Positions 52,005 through 64,000 of a stretch of DNA of 64,000 bases are shown here, in pieces (within the stretch, counting starts at the first letter, position 1; each line of letters starts with the position of its first letter). The translations under genes were made by a program, and so were the position numbers. A model generated the notes under the pieces. It made no database searches. It was given only the letters and a program-made list of their open reading frames with translations, and was not told the DNA's origin. Source of the DNA: Phoronis australis (Eukaryota; Animalia; Phoronida); NCBI GenBank assembly GCA_002633005.1, contig NMRA01000114.1, forward strand, positions 120,724 to 184,723. The letters are read 5' to 3'.

Positions 52005-52154
52005 ATTACATGGCGAAGTCGTCATCCCCCGTTATCTAGAGCCCGATTGGATTTTGGAGAATTATCGCCCGAGGAGCGTTAGCCCCGAGGGTGATAATTC
52101 TCCAAAATCCACGAGGGCCCTAGATAAGGGGGATAACGACTGAGAACATGTAAT
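52005..52154. repeat. Long imperfect palindrome (about 70-bp arms)
   Basis: ATTACATG..GTCGTCATCCCCC.TTATCTAG.GCCC..TGGATTTTGGAGAATTATC.CCC mirrored by GGG.GATAATTCTCCAAAATCCA..GGGC.CTAGATAAGGGGGATAACGAC..CATGTAAT. Confidence 0.85.
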
Positions 52155-52734
52155 AAACTATTCATACCACCATAGATTATAGACAATGATACCACATACT
52201 AAACGAGAAACATTGCATTGAATGGATATACCTTTCTCGACTCGCCTCGGCTTTGTAACTACTTTCTATGTCAGAGGCCCGGAGTCGGAGGTCGTGACCT
52301 TTTAAGAAAAGCCGAGCTATTTTTGTCAAAAAATGCTTGTACTCGAAACCTATTGGAAATTTAAACAAAATAGAAATGAAGTGAATCTGTAAATTAAGGT
52401 TTAGCAACAATTATAGCTTACTACACATTTTATCACGCCAAGCTTCGACCGGGAAAATATCGTCTGCTAAAGTAGGTTACCACTAGTAACTGACTATAAT
52501 ACTCAAGTCAAAATGATCCCGCGACACGATACCTGCATTCAAATTGGAGATCGGTGATTTACAAGTGAGAGAACACGAGAGAAAAATTTCACGGAATTAA
52601 AATATCGTTTTTATGGAAATTATGCGTCATATTTTTCATAGCGTATAAATGTCGATGCAATGTCCTTTGCTGAACATGCGATTGTTGCGCGTGCTCATTT
52701 AAGTATTCTATTTTCACGTTCGATGACGTCAGCC

Positions 52735-52803
52735 GCTGAGTGGTGTAGTGGTAAAGTCGGCGACTCGAAACTCTTGAGGCCCGGGTTCGAAAACGGCCTC
52801 GGT
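52735..52803 (+). pseudogene. tRNA-derived sequence (tRNA pseudogene or SINE head, Gly-like T-arm region)
   Basis: A box TGGTGTAGTGGT, B box GGTTCGAAAC, GAGGCCCGGGTTCGA as in tRNA-Gly; anticodon and T stems pair poorly. Confidence 0.55.
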
Positions 52804-55800
52804 TTCCCAAAATGTTATCTCAATAGTGAGATAATTTCTTCAATAACGTTTCCATTCAAGTCATTGTGAAAAACTAGCTTGATAAAGAAAACCTAGATTA
52901 TATCCACCATTATTCGAACACGTACTGTTCAGAAACCCGTGGTGGAACCCCAAGGCAGTGTTCTCTATGTATAACTCTTCACGAGGGCTTTAGGCCACGC
53001 TCATTTGACACAACTCGTAATTTTCCGTACCACGTTATTAAAACATGTAAGTTAAGCTTTAGAAACGAATTCCCTGCAAATGGAAATTTTGTCTTTTCTT
53101 CACTAGCCTAAAATCATGCAGCCGTATATAGTGAGCAGTAATGTTCTTACCTGCTCAGTCAGTAACCACTGTTGCGTAAGCTGTATGAAACAATCCTTAG
53201 ACGATGCTTTTATTTAAAGAATATAACCCCTCCTCCACTTTTTGATTGACTGATACTTGGAGCATCAATCCTAATCTAGGAAGCACATTGTTTAACCAAT
53301 CACACATCTCATTCATCATGAACGATTCAACATTTTCTCGACGTTATGCTTTTCATCGCTTCGTAAAGTTTTCTAGAAGTTTGAACATGTCACCCAAGCG
53401 AGTACCTTTCTATTGCCAAACGCACATAAATTGGGCGGCGCAGCACTGAAAAAAATGGGGACTAAATCCTCCCAGCCACCTTGTGGCGCACCGCCTAAAG
53501 ACCTTGGGCCACGTAGCACTGAAAAAGTGGAGGGGCTATAGCCTCCCCGCCCACCCCCCTATGGTTCGCCGCACATTCTTAATTTTGCAGTCCTACAGTC
53601 TAAGCAGCGCTTGATAAGTTGGTCATGTTCTTAGAGTGGCTTATTGGGTTGGTCGTGTGGGAAATTGGGAACACCGAAATAATATGAATTCTGACATAAA
53701 ACTTGAAAAATATGTCTTTTATCTGACCTTGTAAATATTGGGAAGAGTATAAAGCTTTGGTTTATTTATAGTCAAGATTGGTTGAGTTTCATCAGCTTTA
53801 GAAACACTCGATTTCAACCATAATTCAACTGAGATTTTTTTTCCAATCAGCGAGCTGCTAGGACAAGTGTGTGGTTCGAATTGTGTAAACTGGACAATCT
53901 CACAAGAATCTTTAATACAATCAACAGGACATGCGATGGAGACGATTGCAAATATGGCAGTGACTATCCACAGATCATCGAACTTTGGAGCGATAGCCCA
54001 TTTTATTTTGTTTCAGTTTATTTTCAAAGTATGGTTAACCCTCCAAGGTTTTAGCACACTCTGGTATTACTATATGGAGTAATGGTTACGGTAGCGTCGC
54101 ACTTTGATAGACGAACATTTTATTGAACGAGCTGGCGTTTGGCGGCCGTTCAACTATCCGCGCGTATTCCTTCCGGAATGGTGTGCAATTGATTAATCGG
54201 AAATAAGGATTTTAAAAATCGTTTGATACTATGAGGCAGCATGACAAAAATGATATGTCGTTTACCGGGCACGTTGTGTGTTGTAGCTAGTCACATTCTA
54301 TCGCAAGTTATGTAAGGACTCGGCTTGCCAACGTTAGTTCCTCGCAAGAGGATCGGGTGAGTTTTTAATTTGTATTACTCTGTTATCGAAATCTCTTGGA
54401 AATTTTAGTTTATCGAAGATTCCGCCAATTTTAAAAAGTTGCAAATATATACAATCAGATAAAATATTACTTCAAGTCATTTCCCGACTGAATAGATGTA
54501 TTTCCGTCTGAGTTTGTAATTATGTGAGCTCACTCACTTATAAGCACGCCTGATTTGAAAGTTCGGTAAGAGGTAACCTGAGAACGTTCTCTTTCTTATC
54601 ACGGGCCGCTCTGGTTACAATGTAGCGTGTAAGTACGCTCTCAATCAAGAACAAGACTTCGCTCGTGTTTTGTGACCGAAATCATTCGCCCCTAATTACT
54701 CTCGTGATCACGACCGAGACTTTGTTCGTGGTCACGACCGAGACTTCGCTCGTGTTTTACCACCGTAGTCGTTCGTTAATAGTTAAGCTCGTGATTACGA
54801 CCAAGACTCCGTGTGTTACGACCGAAATTTCTATATCCAATAAAGTAGTTTGTAGGTTACATGGGCTCTAAAAAAGTTTTACGCTCGCATTTTTCACTTG
54901 TAATTCGAGCAAGTAGTCATTTTATCCCATAGGCTTTGAACCAGTCGAGTGCATACTGCCATGTAATAATGTTTTCCGTATTCACCTTCCATGCTACTTC
55001 TACAGTAACTTCTGATATGGAAAGTTCAAAAATGTAGGCCAATGTCAACTCGACGTCGACCTTCGGTCTCAGACGAAACGCTGAATAATGTCTCTTGGGA
55101 TTTTTCTTCTTATCCCATATATATAAAAATATGGCCATTGTATATGTGACGTATTCAATTGTGATATACGGGAAAGTAGAGCCAATCTGTATATCGTGGT
55201 AGAAGCCGTATTCAACGGTAGAACCTGTATTTCACGGTTGGTGTGCAGTCTGCTGGTGGAGTAAATTCACGTGCACAACCCCAATTTTTATTGTGCTCTA
55301 TCATTTCGGTTACCTAAATCATTAATTCAAGGCATTGTTACTGCTCTAAAAACAGAAAACATTTAACGATGAAAATTGTGACGCACGGAGATCAGGCGGC
55401 TTTTATAGGGCCTCGCTGAAGTTTCAATCTGAGTATCACATATGTAAATATATCAAACTGAGTAACGTCACCGGCTAGTAAAATTTGCCAAACTCTAATT
55501 CAAATTCAACGTTTCGTTATGGATGCATACAATATATCTATCCTGGAATCTAAGGTCTTTACAGGAAATCAAGACCTAATAATGAGTATGTGTTTTTACT
55601 GAAGCAATCGTCTGCTCGCAGCGTTCAACTCACAGTCGCCGGCCGTGGGGTAAAACGTTTGCTTTGCGATAGTCCTTACCTCAAGTTCTGCATATCAGCA
55701 CAATTTCTGCTGTTATTTTCCAATGCTGTGATCAACACGAGGAAATGCTTCTATTGCTATGTACAGTCCAGAAGCTAAGACATGAAAATAGACCAAGAAA

Positions 55801-57639
55801 ACTAAGAAATTCATCGAAACTGACAACAAGTTGCTGCAGACTCAGTTCGGGGAATGTTTCAAACGTTATATTCCCGGACGGATTTTTTTAAGTTTCCGAC
55901 AAACTTTTGATATAATTGAATGGTTCAATGCTTTAACTTGTATACTTCACAATCGAAACATTCCGATGAATTTATTACGAAATAAAATTTTACTGATTAT
56001 TCAACACTTTCACAGATTGTCTTGTAGCTTAACCTGTTTTGGTACCGTATTGCCATACCTGTGACGTCATGTAGAAACAAGCCGTATCACACTCCAGCAA
56101 AGTATTGCCACGGTGGTTCAAATCTCTCTGGGACATTCCTAGATGAAATGAATTCTTGATAGGATATGACAATAGTATTCCTATGCATGTGTGATAACCT
56201 ATACATGTACGCTACTCTCGGTACGTTTTGTATATACATTTAAGTTCGAGTCCACGAGACCACCAGTCGTTAAATTAATAATCTTTTGACATTGTTTTTG
56301 TGATGCAAATGGTTTGTTATTAGAATGTCTTGAATAAAGAGTGTCGTGAGTGAATGAACACCAACATTTAGAGTTTCTACTGCATAACCCCCTAAAACAG
56401 TTATGAACCAGTGTTTTTTCAAATGTGATATGTCATCTGCAAAGTAAGAGAATGAAACCTAAATGCATGAAAAAGCATGGTTATTTTAACAAATAGTATA
56501 AAAGTGTCAGACAACCTGCTAGATATGCATTTAAACATATCAATATGTACTAAAACGAACCACCTTAAGATGCCTGGGATTGTCAGGGCAGCAAATAAAA
56601 GCATTTCATTCGGTCTTTAACAAAAATTAACTCCGAAACTAAAAGAGGCAATCCAGATCCTCTAAAGGATACAAATGTCTGTACAAAAGTACATATGTAG
56701 AATAAATGTACGTAAATAAAACAACAAGAATGGATCACTGAAATTCTCGGATGTAATAACATCCTTGACAATTGTCATCAAGTGATTCATTTTCTTGTTT
56801 TATTTGCGTATATTTAGTCAGTCTTTGATGTTGTTGACCTTTTGAAATTGTGCAGTTTGCACATGAGATCATATTTTATGAATATTTCATAACACGTGAA
56901 ATTACGAACGTGTAACTACGAACGAAAACTATGAGTGCAAAATTACGAGTGTGCAACTGCTTCAGAGCTCAAGTACCCAACAAACCAATTTCTCATTAGA
57001 TATAATGATTTCGGTGGTAAAATACACTGTACAAGCGAAGTCTCGGTCGTAATTACGCGCGATACTTTCACCCGTTCGGCCTGCGATATTATTGTGGACC
57101 ACATTACATTCGAATTTGAGCTCCTTTCTTTGCCTACAACCGTTACGGCATCCTGACGTCTGGTATTGAGAATTTCGTCTTATCTCAAGAACGTAGAGCT
57201 GAGAGCCTCCTTATTAAGCTGTGTCAAAGGCCATACTGAGAAATCTACAGTCTGTGTCGACGTTTGCAAAATATCAAAGGTCCACCGTTACAGAAATTCT
57301 AACTCCCCCTCGCAATGCTGGCTACGAGTTTGTAATAGTATTTCTCTAGAAGATCGTTACTAGGGGTTGTTGATAAAGAATACGCACATGTCGAACAGAC
57401 TGTTAGGACTACGATTTATGATGACCGTGCACATGTCGAATGGGAATACTTAAAAATTAGTCACTCGCAATCATAAACAAAGATTTTAGAGTTGTTTTGG
57501 GTTCAAGTTTAACTCCTTAATCGCTGTGGGTACCTCTAAAATGAACAAAAATACACCTTACAACCAATGCCCCATCTCGTGAGCATGCCTGTGGAAATTG
57601 CTTATAGCATTCTGTTTTGATAAAAAAATTCATCGGTTT

Positions 57640-59113
57640 CTGACTTACGTGCTTATGTATCTTCGAAAGTTGACAAATTTATAGATTTTTTTGACAATTA
57701 GAAGCTAATTTTGTAAGAATTAATGATGCTTCACTGAATTTAATTGCAGGCGGAAGCTGGAAAAATCTCTATAATCCGGTCTCCAAATAATCAATTACAC
57801 GTCTTTTGCTTATATCTAAAATAACTCTCAAAGACATAAACGAATTTCGACACTTCCCAAAAATACGCTTCCAATTCAAATGACAATAGTTGCATAGCTT
57901 TTAGGCTTAGGTACAACATTTGTCGTTTAAACTCACAAAAGGTGGTCAAAAAGGAATAAAGTCATTAAATCGAGGTAAAAGCATTGCTCATGGAATTGAT
58001 TTTAGGTTTCTGATTTAATTCCTTATGTAATCTTCGAAGATCGAATTATTGATAGATGATTTTTGACAATTAGAAGGTAATATTGTAAAAAATTACATTG
58101 CTTTACTAAACTTAGTAACAGGCTGACACTATTATCAGGTCCCTAAAATAGCAAACTATACTTAACGGTTTTTGTAAATCTGAAATAAATCTCATGGACA
58201 TTGATGAATGTCGGATAGATCTACAAGTGTCTCAAAATGTTCTCACGTATCAAATGACATTGAATTGTTAACTGACTAAGGAATTAGATTAGTGGTTTAA
58301 ACTGTAGATTTAAAAAGAAATTTAAGTCATTCAATAAATAACTCATTCCTCATTAACTTGGAAAGGTTTTCTTTGCGCTTCCTTAATGTTTTTAGTTTCT
58401 AGAAGTGTTGCACAATGAATTGTTGTTCTCCAAACTGCAATTTTCATGCTTACTACACAGACAGAGCACGTCATGACTGTCGCACTGGCGTTACAAATAA
58501 GGTGCAATCATGCAATAGGCCTGCGCAGAATCTCAGCCTTCCACGTCAACTGAATTTTAACTTCAAGCGTTAAGTGTGTACATTTTTGGGAAGCACTCTG
58601 TATCATTTTCTCCAGCCACCAGAAACTGGACTACCACCCATTTTTCAACAACGGATTTTAAAACAGCCCCAAAGGCATTATACCAGGGACATCATCTTTT
58701 ACAAAAAATCCTTCAACGAGTGATCATAATAAAATGAACTTTTCCCGAAACTGGATCATAATCAGACGAATTTTGACTTCAGACCCAGCGCAGACGGATA
58801 GGTACGTACGAGCTAAGCTGCCAGTCTCAAGTGAATCATAGCTGAGCTGACAAGCGACTAGCTTTATTTCATCGAATTTCATTTTTTTTACATTTACATC
58901 TCAGCTGCAGTTACTTGAAGCAACTCCCAGCTACTCGTCCATAAGCTTGCCCTAGGCCCATTCTTTCTCTCCGTGAAACCTTGTTCGTTCACGGTTACAT
59001 AAATCCTGATGGCTGCATCCTTGGGATTGCACCTCACCAATGGCGGATTCGGTACAAATATGGAGGCATCCAGAAAGCGAGGAGGATTAGGGGACAGAAG
59101 TGATAGGAAAGGG
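57640..59113 (+). repeat. Diverged local duplication, copy 1 (copy 2 at about 60555-61943)
   Basis: Each copy has two ~370-bp units (TTGACAATTAG.AG.TAA at 57691, 58063, 60604, 61128) followed by a shared block, e.g. CCAGCCACCAGAAACTGGACTAC at 58612 and 61592. Confidence 0.8.
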
Positions 59114-60694
59114 GCGTCAGATGGCACAGTCGAATTGATTTGTACCCCTAATAATTGTTTGCCTTCGTACGGACCGTAGGAAGCGGAGGACAGAGGTGCA
59201 CGTGCCCATCCCCAAAATCTGGCTTAAGCTGGGTTGCAACCGACATAGGAGTGGGAGAGGTGACAGTCTAGGAAAGAAAGACTGCTAATAAGGAGAAGAC
59301 GGGAAATTCAAGGGAAAATTTGACAACTCAGTATCAGTGCATAGTTTACCCTTTGAGGAGACTGGCCAAGATATTGGTGTTGGGCTGGGTCTCCGTTTCT
59401 TCAGTATAGGTCCACTAAACACACCTGAAAACGCGCACCTAATCATTCATACATATATTTCGAAATTTCGAGAAAATTGTAAATTCAATAAGACAATTTT
59501 GAGAATGCAAACTATATTTTTCCAAAGGCCCCTCTCTGGCAAAGGATGACAGTGACAATTGTAGCAGTATTTTTTTCTCAAAATTGTATATTACTTGAGA
59601 AAAATTATTGACCTGACACATAACATCAATTGCTGCGCGCTCTCTGATCTATGAAAATATTTATCTTTTCGCATATAGGGGCCCAGCCTACAAAGGGGGC
59701 CACTGATGACATACAAGTGGCCACCCGTTTCGTCTTTTTATTGATAAATTCTGAAAGAGCGGCTCACGGAGAGAGGGCCTAATGTTGGAATCAGTTTCCG
59801 TCTTTCATGTTGAGTAACTTCACTTCTTGCGGCGCCACACGGCGATGCAATGAGCTATTACATGTTTAGCCTTCTATCTTAATGTGTCCGACCACGGACG
59901 GGACCCTATCTCGGTGATTCGGTTGGGGCAATTGTCCCTTTGTCTCTCAATACATGTGAATTTTACAATGCCAAGTACTCACGAGGGGAAGCTGAGATTC
60001 CAAATTTATCAAAAAACAAAACATTCATTCACGGCACAGCAGTATTAATACATTCGACTCAAACAACCAAAAGTGTGAAAATACAATGGCAAGTGGCCGC
60101 CATCTTAAAGGTAGAATTTTTAAGTAAATGAAGACCAATACATGTAAATTACACTAAAGGATTTTTTCCGATTGGTTGTTTACCAGATATAAAATATTAC
60201 TTTATCCCAAAGTATCACAAGTACAATATTTCTTTTGAAGATCGTTACTTACGTGTCGGAGTTGTTTGTAAAGAATTCGCACAGGTCGAAAAGATAGCCG
60301 GGGCAACGATTTGTGATGATCTTTACCTTTCGTATGGGGGTACTCAAAGTGCTTGCAAACATATACAACGTTTACAGCGTTTTTAGAGTTCATCTTTAAT
60401 TCGTGAATTGTTATAGGTACCTCTGAAATGAGCAACAATTCACCTACATACGAATATCCCTTTTCCCATGTTTCTCCGGTTACCTGCGTCAAAAATCTGA
60501 GAGCAATCCCGCGGAACTTCCTTACAACATTCCGTTTTCATCCACAAATTTGTTGGTTTAGATGTTTATGTATCTACGAAAGTTAACAGCTTCGTAGAAT
60601 AGTTTGACAATTAGTAGCTAATCTTGTAAGAATTGGTGATGTTTCAGAGAACTTAAGGGGAACTTGAATAAGTCGATCCCTGAATAGTATTATA

Positions 60695-60853
60695 CCGTAA
60701 ACGTTCGGGTTAACGCCCATGCTCAGTTAACCGCCCACCCCCTACTTTAGGTGGATTTTCGATTTAACCGCCCACTGCTCGGTTAACTGCCCTCCCCCGA
60801 TTTTTCTGATTCGCCAATTTAACCGCCCAGGGCGTTAACCTGAACGATTACGG
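60695..60853. mobile_element. TA-flanked Tc1/mariner-type MITE
   Basis: TA|CCGTAAACGTTCGGGTTAACGCCC ... GGGCGTTAACCTGAACGATTACGG|TA with internal TTAACCGCCC repeats; absent from the paralogous site near 57790. Confidence 0.85.
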
Positions 60854-62151
60854 TAGTACAATTAGACGATTTTTGTCTATCTAAAACAAGTCTCAAGGAC
60901 TTTGGTGAAATTCGGACAGTTCCCAAAATATACTCACAATTCAAATGACAATGAAGTCATTGCTTTTTGACTTGGGTACGAGATTTGTCGTTATAACTCA
61001 CAAACAGAAAGTCAAAGAGCAATGCAGTCCTTAAATCAATGTAAACGCACTGTTCATGGAATCCATTTTTGGTTTAAGATTTACATGTTTATATATCTAC
61101 GAGAATCAAATGATTGAGAGATGATTTTTGACAATTAGAAGCTAATCTTGTAAGAAATTACGATGCTTCTATGAACTTAGTTGCAGGCTGACATTGGGAA
61201 AATTCGATATATCATCAGATCCCAAATATCAAAGTATACAAAGAATTTAACCCATAATTCAAATGGAAATAGATTGTTAAATGACTTAGGAACTAGATTA
61301 GTAGTTTAAAATCACAAAACGTAGGTCGAAAAGGAAGTTTTTAAAAGACCTTAAATAAGTAAATTAAAATCCACTGTTCATTAACTTTATGTTGTTAGCT
61401 TCCAGTAGTATTGCTTGCATTTCCCTTGCATACTACACAGACGGAGCAGGTGATGACTGGCGCGCCCAAGGTTAAAATACGGTTCAACAATGTAGTGGGC
61501 CCGAGCAGAATCTTCTTGATCCCAGGAACTCAATTTGAACTCTAGGCTTTGAAGTGTGTATATTTTTGGGACACACTCTGTATCATATTCCCCAGCCACC
61601 AGAAACTGGACTACGGGCCATGTATCAAGAAGGGATTTGGAAACAGCCCCAAAGGGACCTCACTTTTATTAAAAAAAAACATTCAAAGAATGACCACAAA
61701 AATATAAACTTTCCTCGAAACTGGATCGTAATAAAACAAATCTTGACCTCAGAGGAAGCTCCCAACTACTCGTCAGTGCGCTGGCCCCCAGTCCATTCTT
61801 TAACTCTTTGTGAAACCTTGTTGGTTCTCGGTTTCTCAAATCCTGATGGCTGCATTCTCGGGACTGCACCCCCGCCTATGGCGGCATTCAGAGAATGGAG
61901 GAAGGGCGTTTGGAGGGCTGAGGTGGTGGTGATAGGAAAGGGGTAGTCAAAGTTTGAAAACAGTCCTGCATGTCATTAATGTTCAACAAATTTTTGATAC
62001 CGTCTATCCAACCATTTCTACAAGGAGCAGAGTACTCCTATGGAATTTACTGTCATTAAAAATCTTCGCAACTACTCCGTTTTTCAACTGGAATTGCATC
62101 AGAGCCAAACTATTACAAAACCCTTACCAGAAACAAAATTTAATAATTTAA

Positions 62152-63874
62152 AGGAGAATGCCAACCAAAAAAACAACCTATTTTGTATCAATTTAGATCT
62201 AGTAGTTCTACTCCATAACGGCACGTTCGGTTGCGTTACCTAACACCTGACGGCAGACGGAGGTGTTGAAATTGTCCAATGACGTAGTTGGTTTCACACG
62301 CAGCCTGTTCAGCAGTTCAAAACACGGGTCAATGGTGTCAGTTTATCGCGTGAATTCTTTGTTTAACACCAATAAATCATCAAACGTCGATGTAAAACCT
62401 TTAAAAATACACCGAGTTCTTATAAAAACGAGTTGTTTTATTTTCCTGTTACGGATTTACTGGTATTTGGACACACTGTAGCCTACAAATTTCGGCAGAC
62501 CAATTTACCAAGGTCCGCAGCAGGAGTTTGGGGTATGTTCGGAGATAAATTCAAATTATTCTTCCGTGAAATACAGACAGGAGAATCTAGATCTGTGTTG
62601 TTTATACTTGTGATTTTTTAAGCTCTAAACACACAAAACCCTTGCTCTCCCGGCCAGTAGCTCGGAACCCGAACAGGCCCGGCGTCGCTGCCGGACTGAC
62701 TCGTTGGTCGGCCAGTGGCTCGGAACCCGATCAGTCCCGTCGCGGCCGCCGGGACTGGCACGAACATAAACCAGCTTGAGTTGGAAACTAAACCTTCAGT
62801 CACGAAAAGACTAAAATAATGAGCCAAAGAAATAATGTACACGTAATTATTGATGTGAAATAGCCACGAAACTGAACATCTACTGACTTGTCGGGGGCCG
62901 CGAAGTCGGGTTCCCCTTCCACAGACCGTCATGGCAAAGGTTGTACAGTAACAATGATTTTGAATAATGTATTTGTATTTCAAAATAAAGATTCCCCTAA
63001 CATGTGACCATAGCATATAAAATCGAGTACTTGTTTCACAACAGCTTTCTGTCAGCGAACACTGAATTAGCATGCGCTCACACGGCCTCGTTGCCCGGTC
63101 AATTACGTTTATTGCCGGCATCAAAAGCCGATAACCCATTGGTTTATTCATTGCTGCTCAACATTTGCACTCACGAATACTGCAAAGGCATTACAAATTG
63201 TATCTAATGAGACAGACTTTATTTCAGTTTTATGTAAGCATTGGTTAAGATGAGAAAAATTCATTTTGAAACATAACGCAGAATAATAAATGTCTACATG
63301 GCAACTCACCCGGCGCCAATCCCGACTTCGTTAGTCAAGAGCTCATCCGACGAAGACTTAACGGGTCGGATCGTTAGGTTTCACAGGCTATCAATTCCAA
63401 CCGGAATACACTGTTCGAAAAATACTAGAATGGCGCCGTGAACATCCATAGGAAACGGAACGTATGGATAGTTCTTTGGTAAGCCGGAATTTGTCAGATA
63501 AATCACTGTCGGCGAAATGCCGGTCACAGACACGGAGATGTTTCACGGTCCCATACTTGCTATTAACAGCGTACGTTTCATTCTTCACCACCGCGAGCCG
63601 TTTCCTAAGCATTTCGGGCTCTCGAGGAAATCGAAGAAATGATATACCCGCTTTCTTCGCAGCTTCGTAGTTCGGACAAGCGGGAACGATGCACCGCTAT
63701 ATAGCGGCATTCACTCTGCAGACGAACCATTGACGTCGCTACGTCGTTTCTCACCTTCCTCACAGGTTAACGCGACACCTCTTGGCAAAGTGAGGTCGAC
63801 CGTATAAGAGGCAATGTGGATATAGGCCGATTAAGACGGTAAAAAAGACTAATTAAATCTGGTGGCATTCTCCT
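62152..63874 (-). mobile_element. Kolobok-like non-autonomous element with THAP-domain remnant (copy 2)
   Basis: TTAA|AGGAGAATGCCA ... TGGCATTCTCCT|TTAA; minus strand at about 63391-63700 reads CIVPACPNY...SFLRFPREPEMLRKRL...LRVCDRHF (THAP C2CH pattern). Confidence 0.85.
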
Positions 63875-64000
63875 TTAATTCATAAGAATTATCATTAAAA
63901 ATACGTTTTGTTGTCAAAACCAAGAGTGCTATCAAAATGCTATAAATAACAGCGTACGCAACCTAAAAAGGATATGAAATAGAGAGGTTATATGAATAAC

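Noticed and set aside
51787-52143. 118-aa ORF
   Set aside because: Its 3' part runs through the long palindrome; no recognisable family or splice support.
52735-52803. Functional tRNA gene
   Set aside because: A and B boxes are present but the anticodon and T stems do not pair adequately.
53930-53970. CDGDDCKYGSD as an LDL-receptor class A repeat
   Set aside because: Spacing is off, the acidic DxSDE ending is absent and the upstream cysteines do not fit.
62618-63151. 177-aa minus-strand ORF
   Set aside because: It lies inside the Kolobok-like element and is not preserved as an ORF in the sister copy at 9835-11480.

Overview
AT-rich, repeat-dense animal genomic DNA, most consistent with a marine invertebrate (spliceosomal introns, Academ/Kolobok/Helitron/Ngaro/Tx1 remnants); it is not prokaryotic and contains no CRISPR array or rRNA. 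Two host genes are supported. The first is a divergent two-coding-exon SLC52 (riboflavin transporter family) gene on + (13246-14517 joined to 19344-19541, about 489 aa). The second is not shown correctly by the ORF track: a spliced minus-strand gene (46222-46141 joined to 44720-44596) encoding a 68-aa prepro-peptide whose mature part is a CS-alpha-beta defensin-like peptide with an odd seventh cysteine. Around it are weaker signs of a decaying antimicrobial-peptide cluster: a possible decayed paralog at 40.5 kb, a macin-like pseudo-exon at 53.9 kb and an orphan signal-peptide exon at 55.7 kb. The rest is nested transposon debris, several pieces with readable termini, target-site duplications and in-window empty sites. 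The duplication flanking the N gap at 11.9-12.1 kb is probably an assembly artefact. All family assignments come from motif recognition by eye; no database searches were run.
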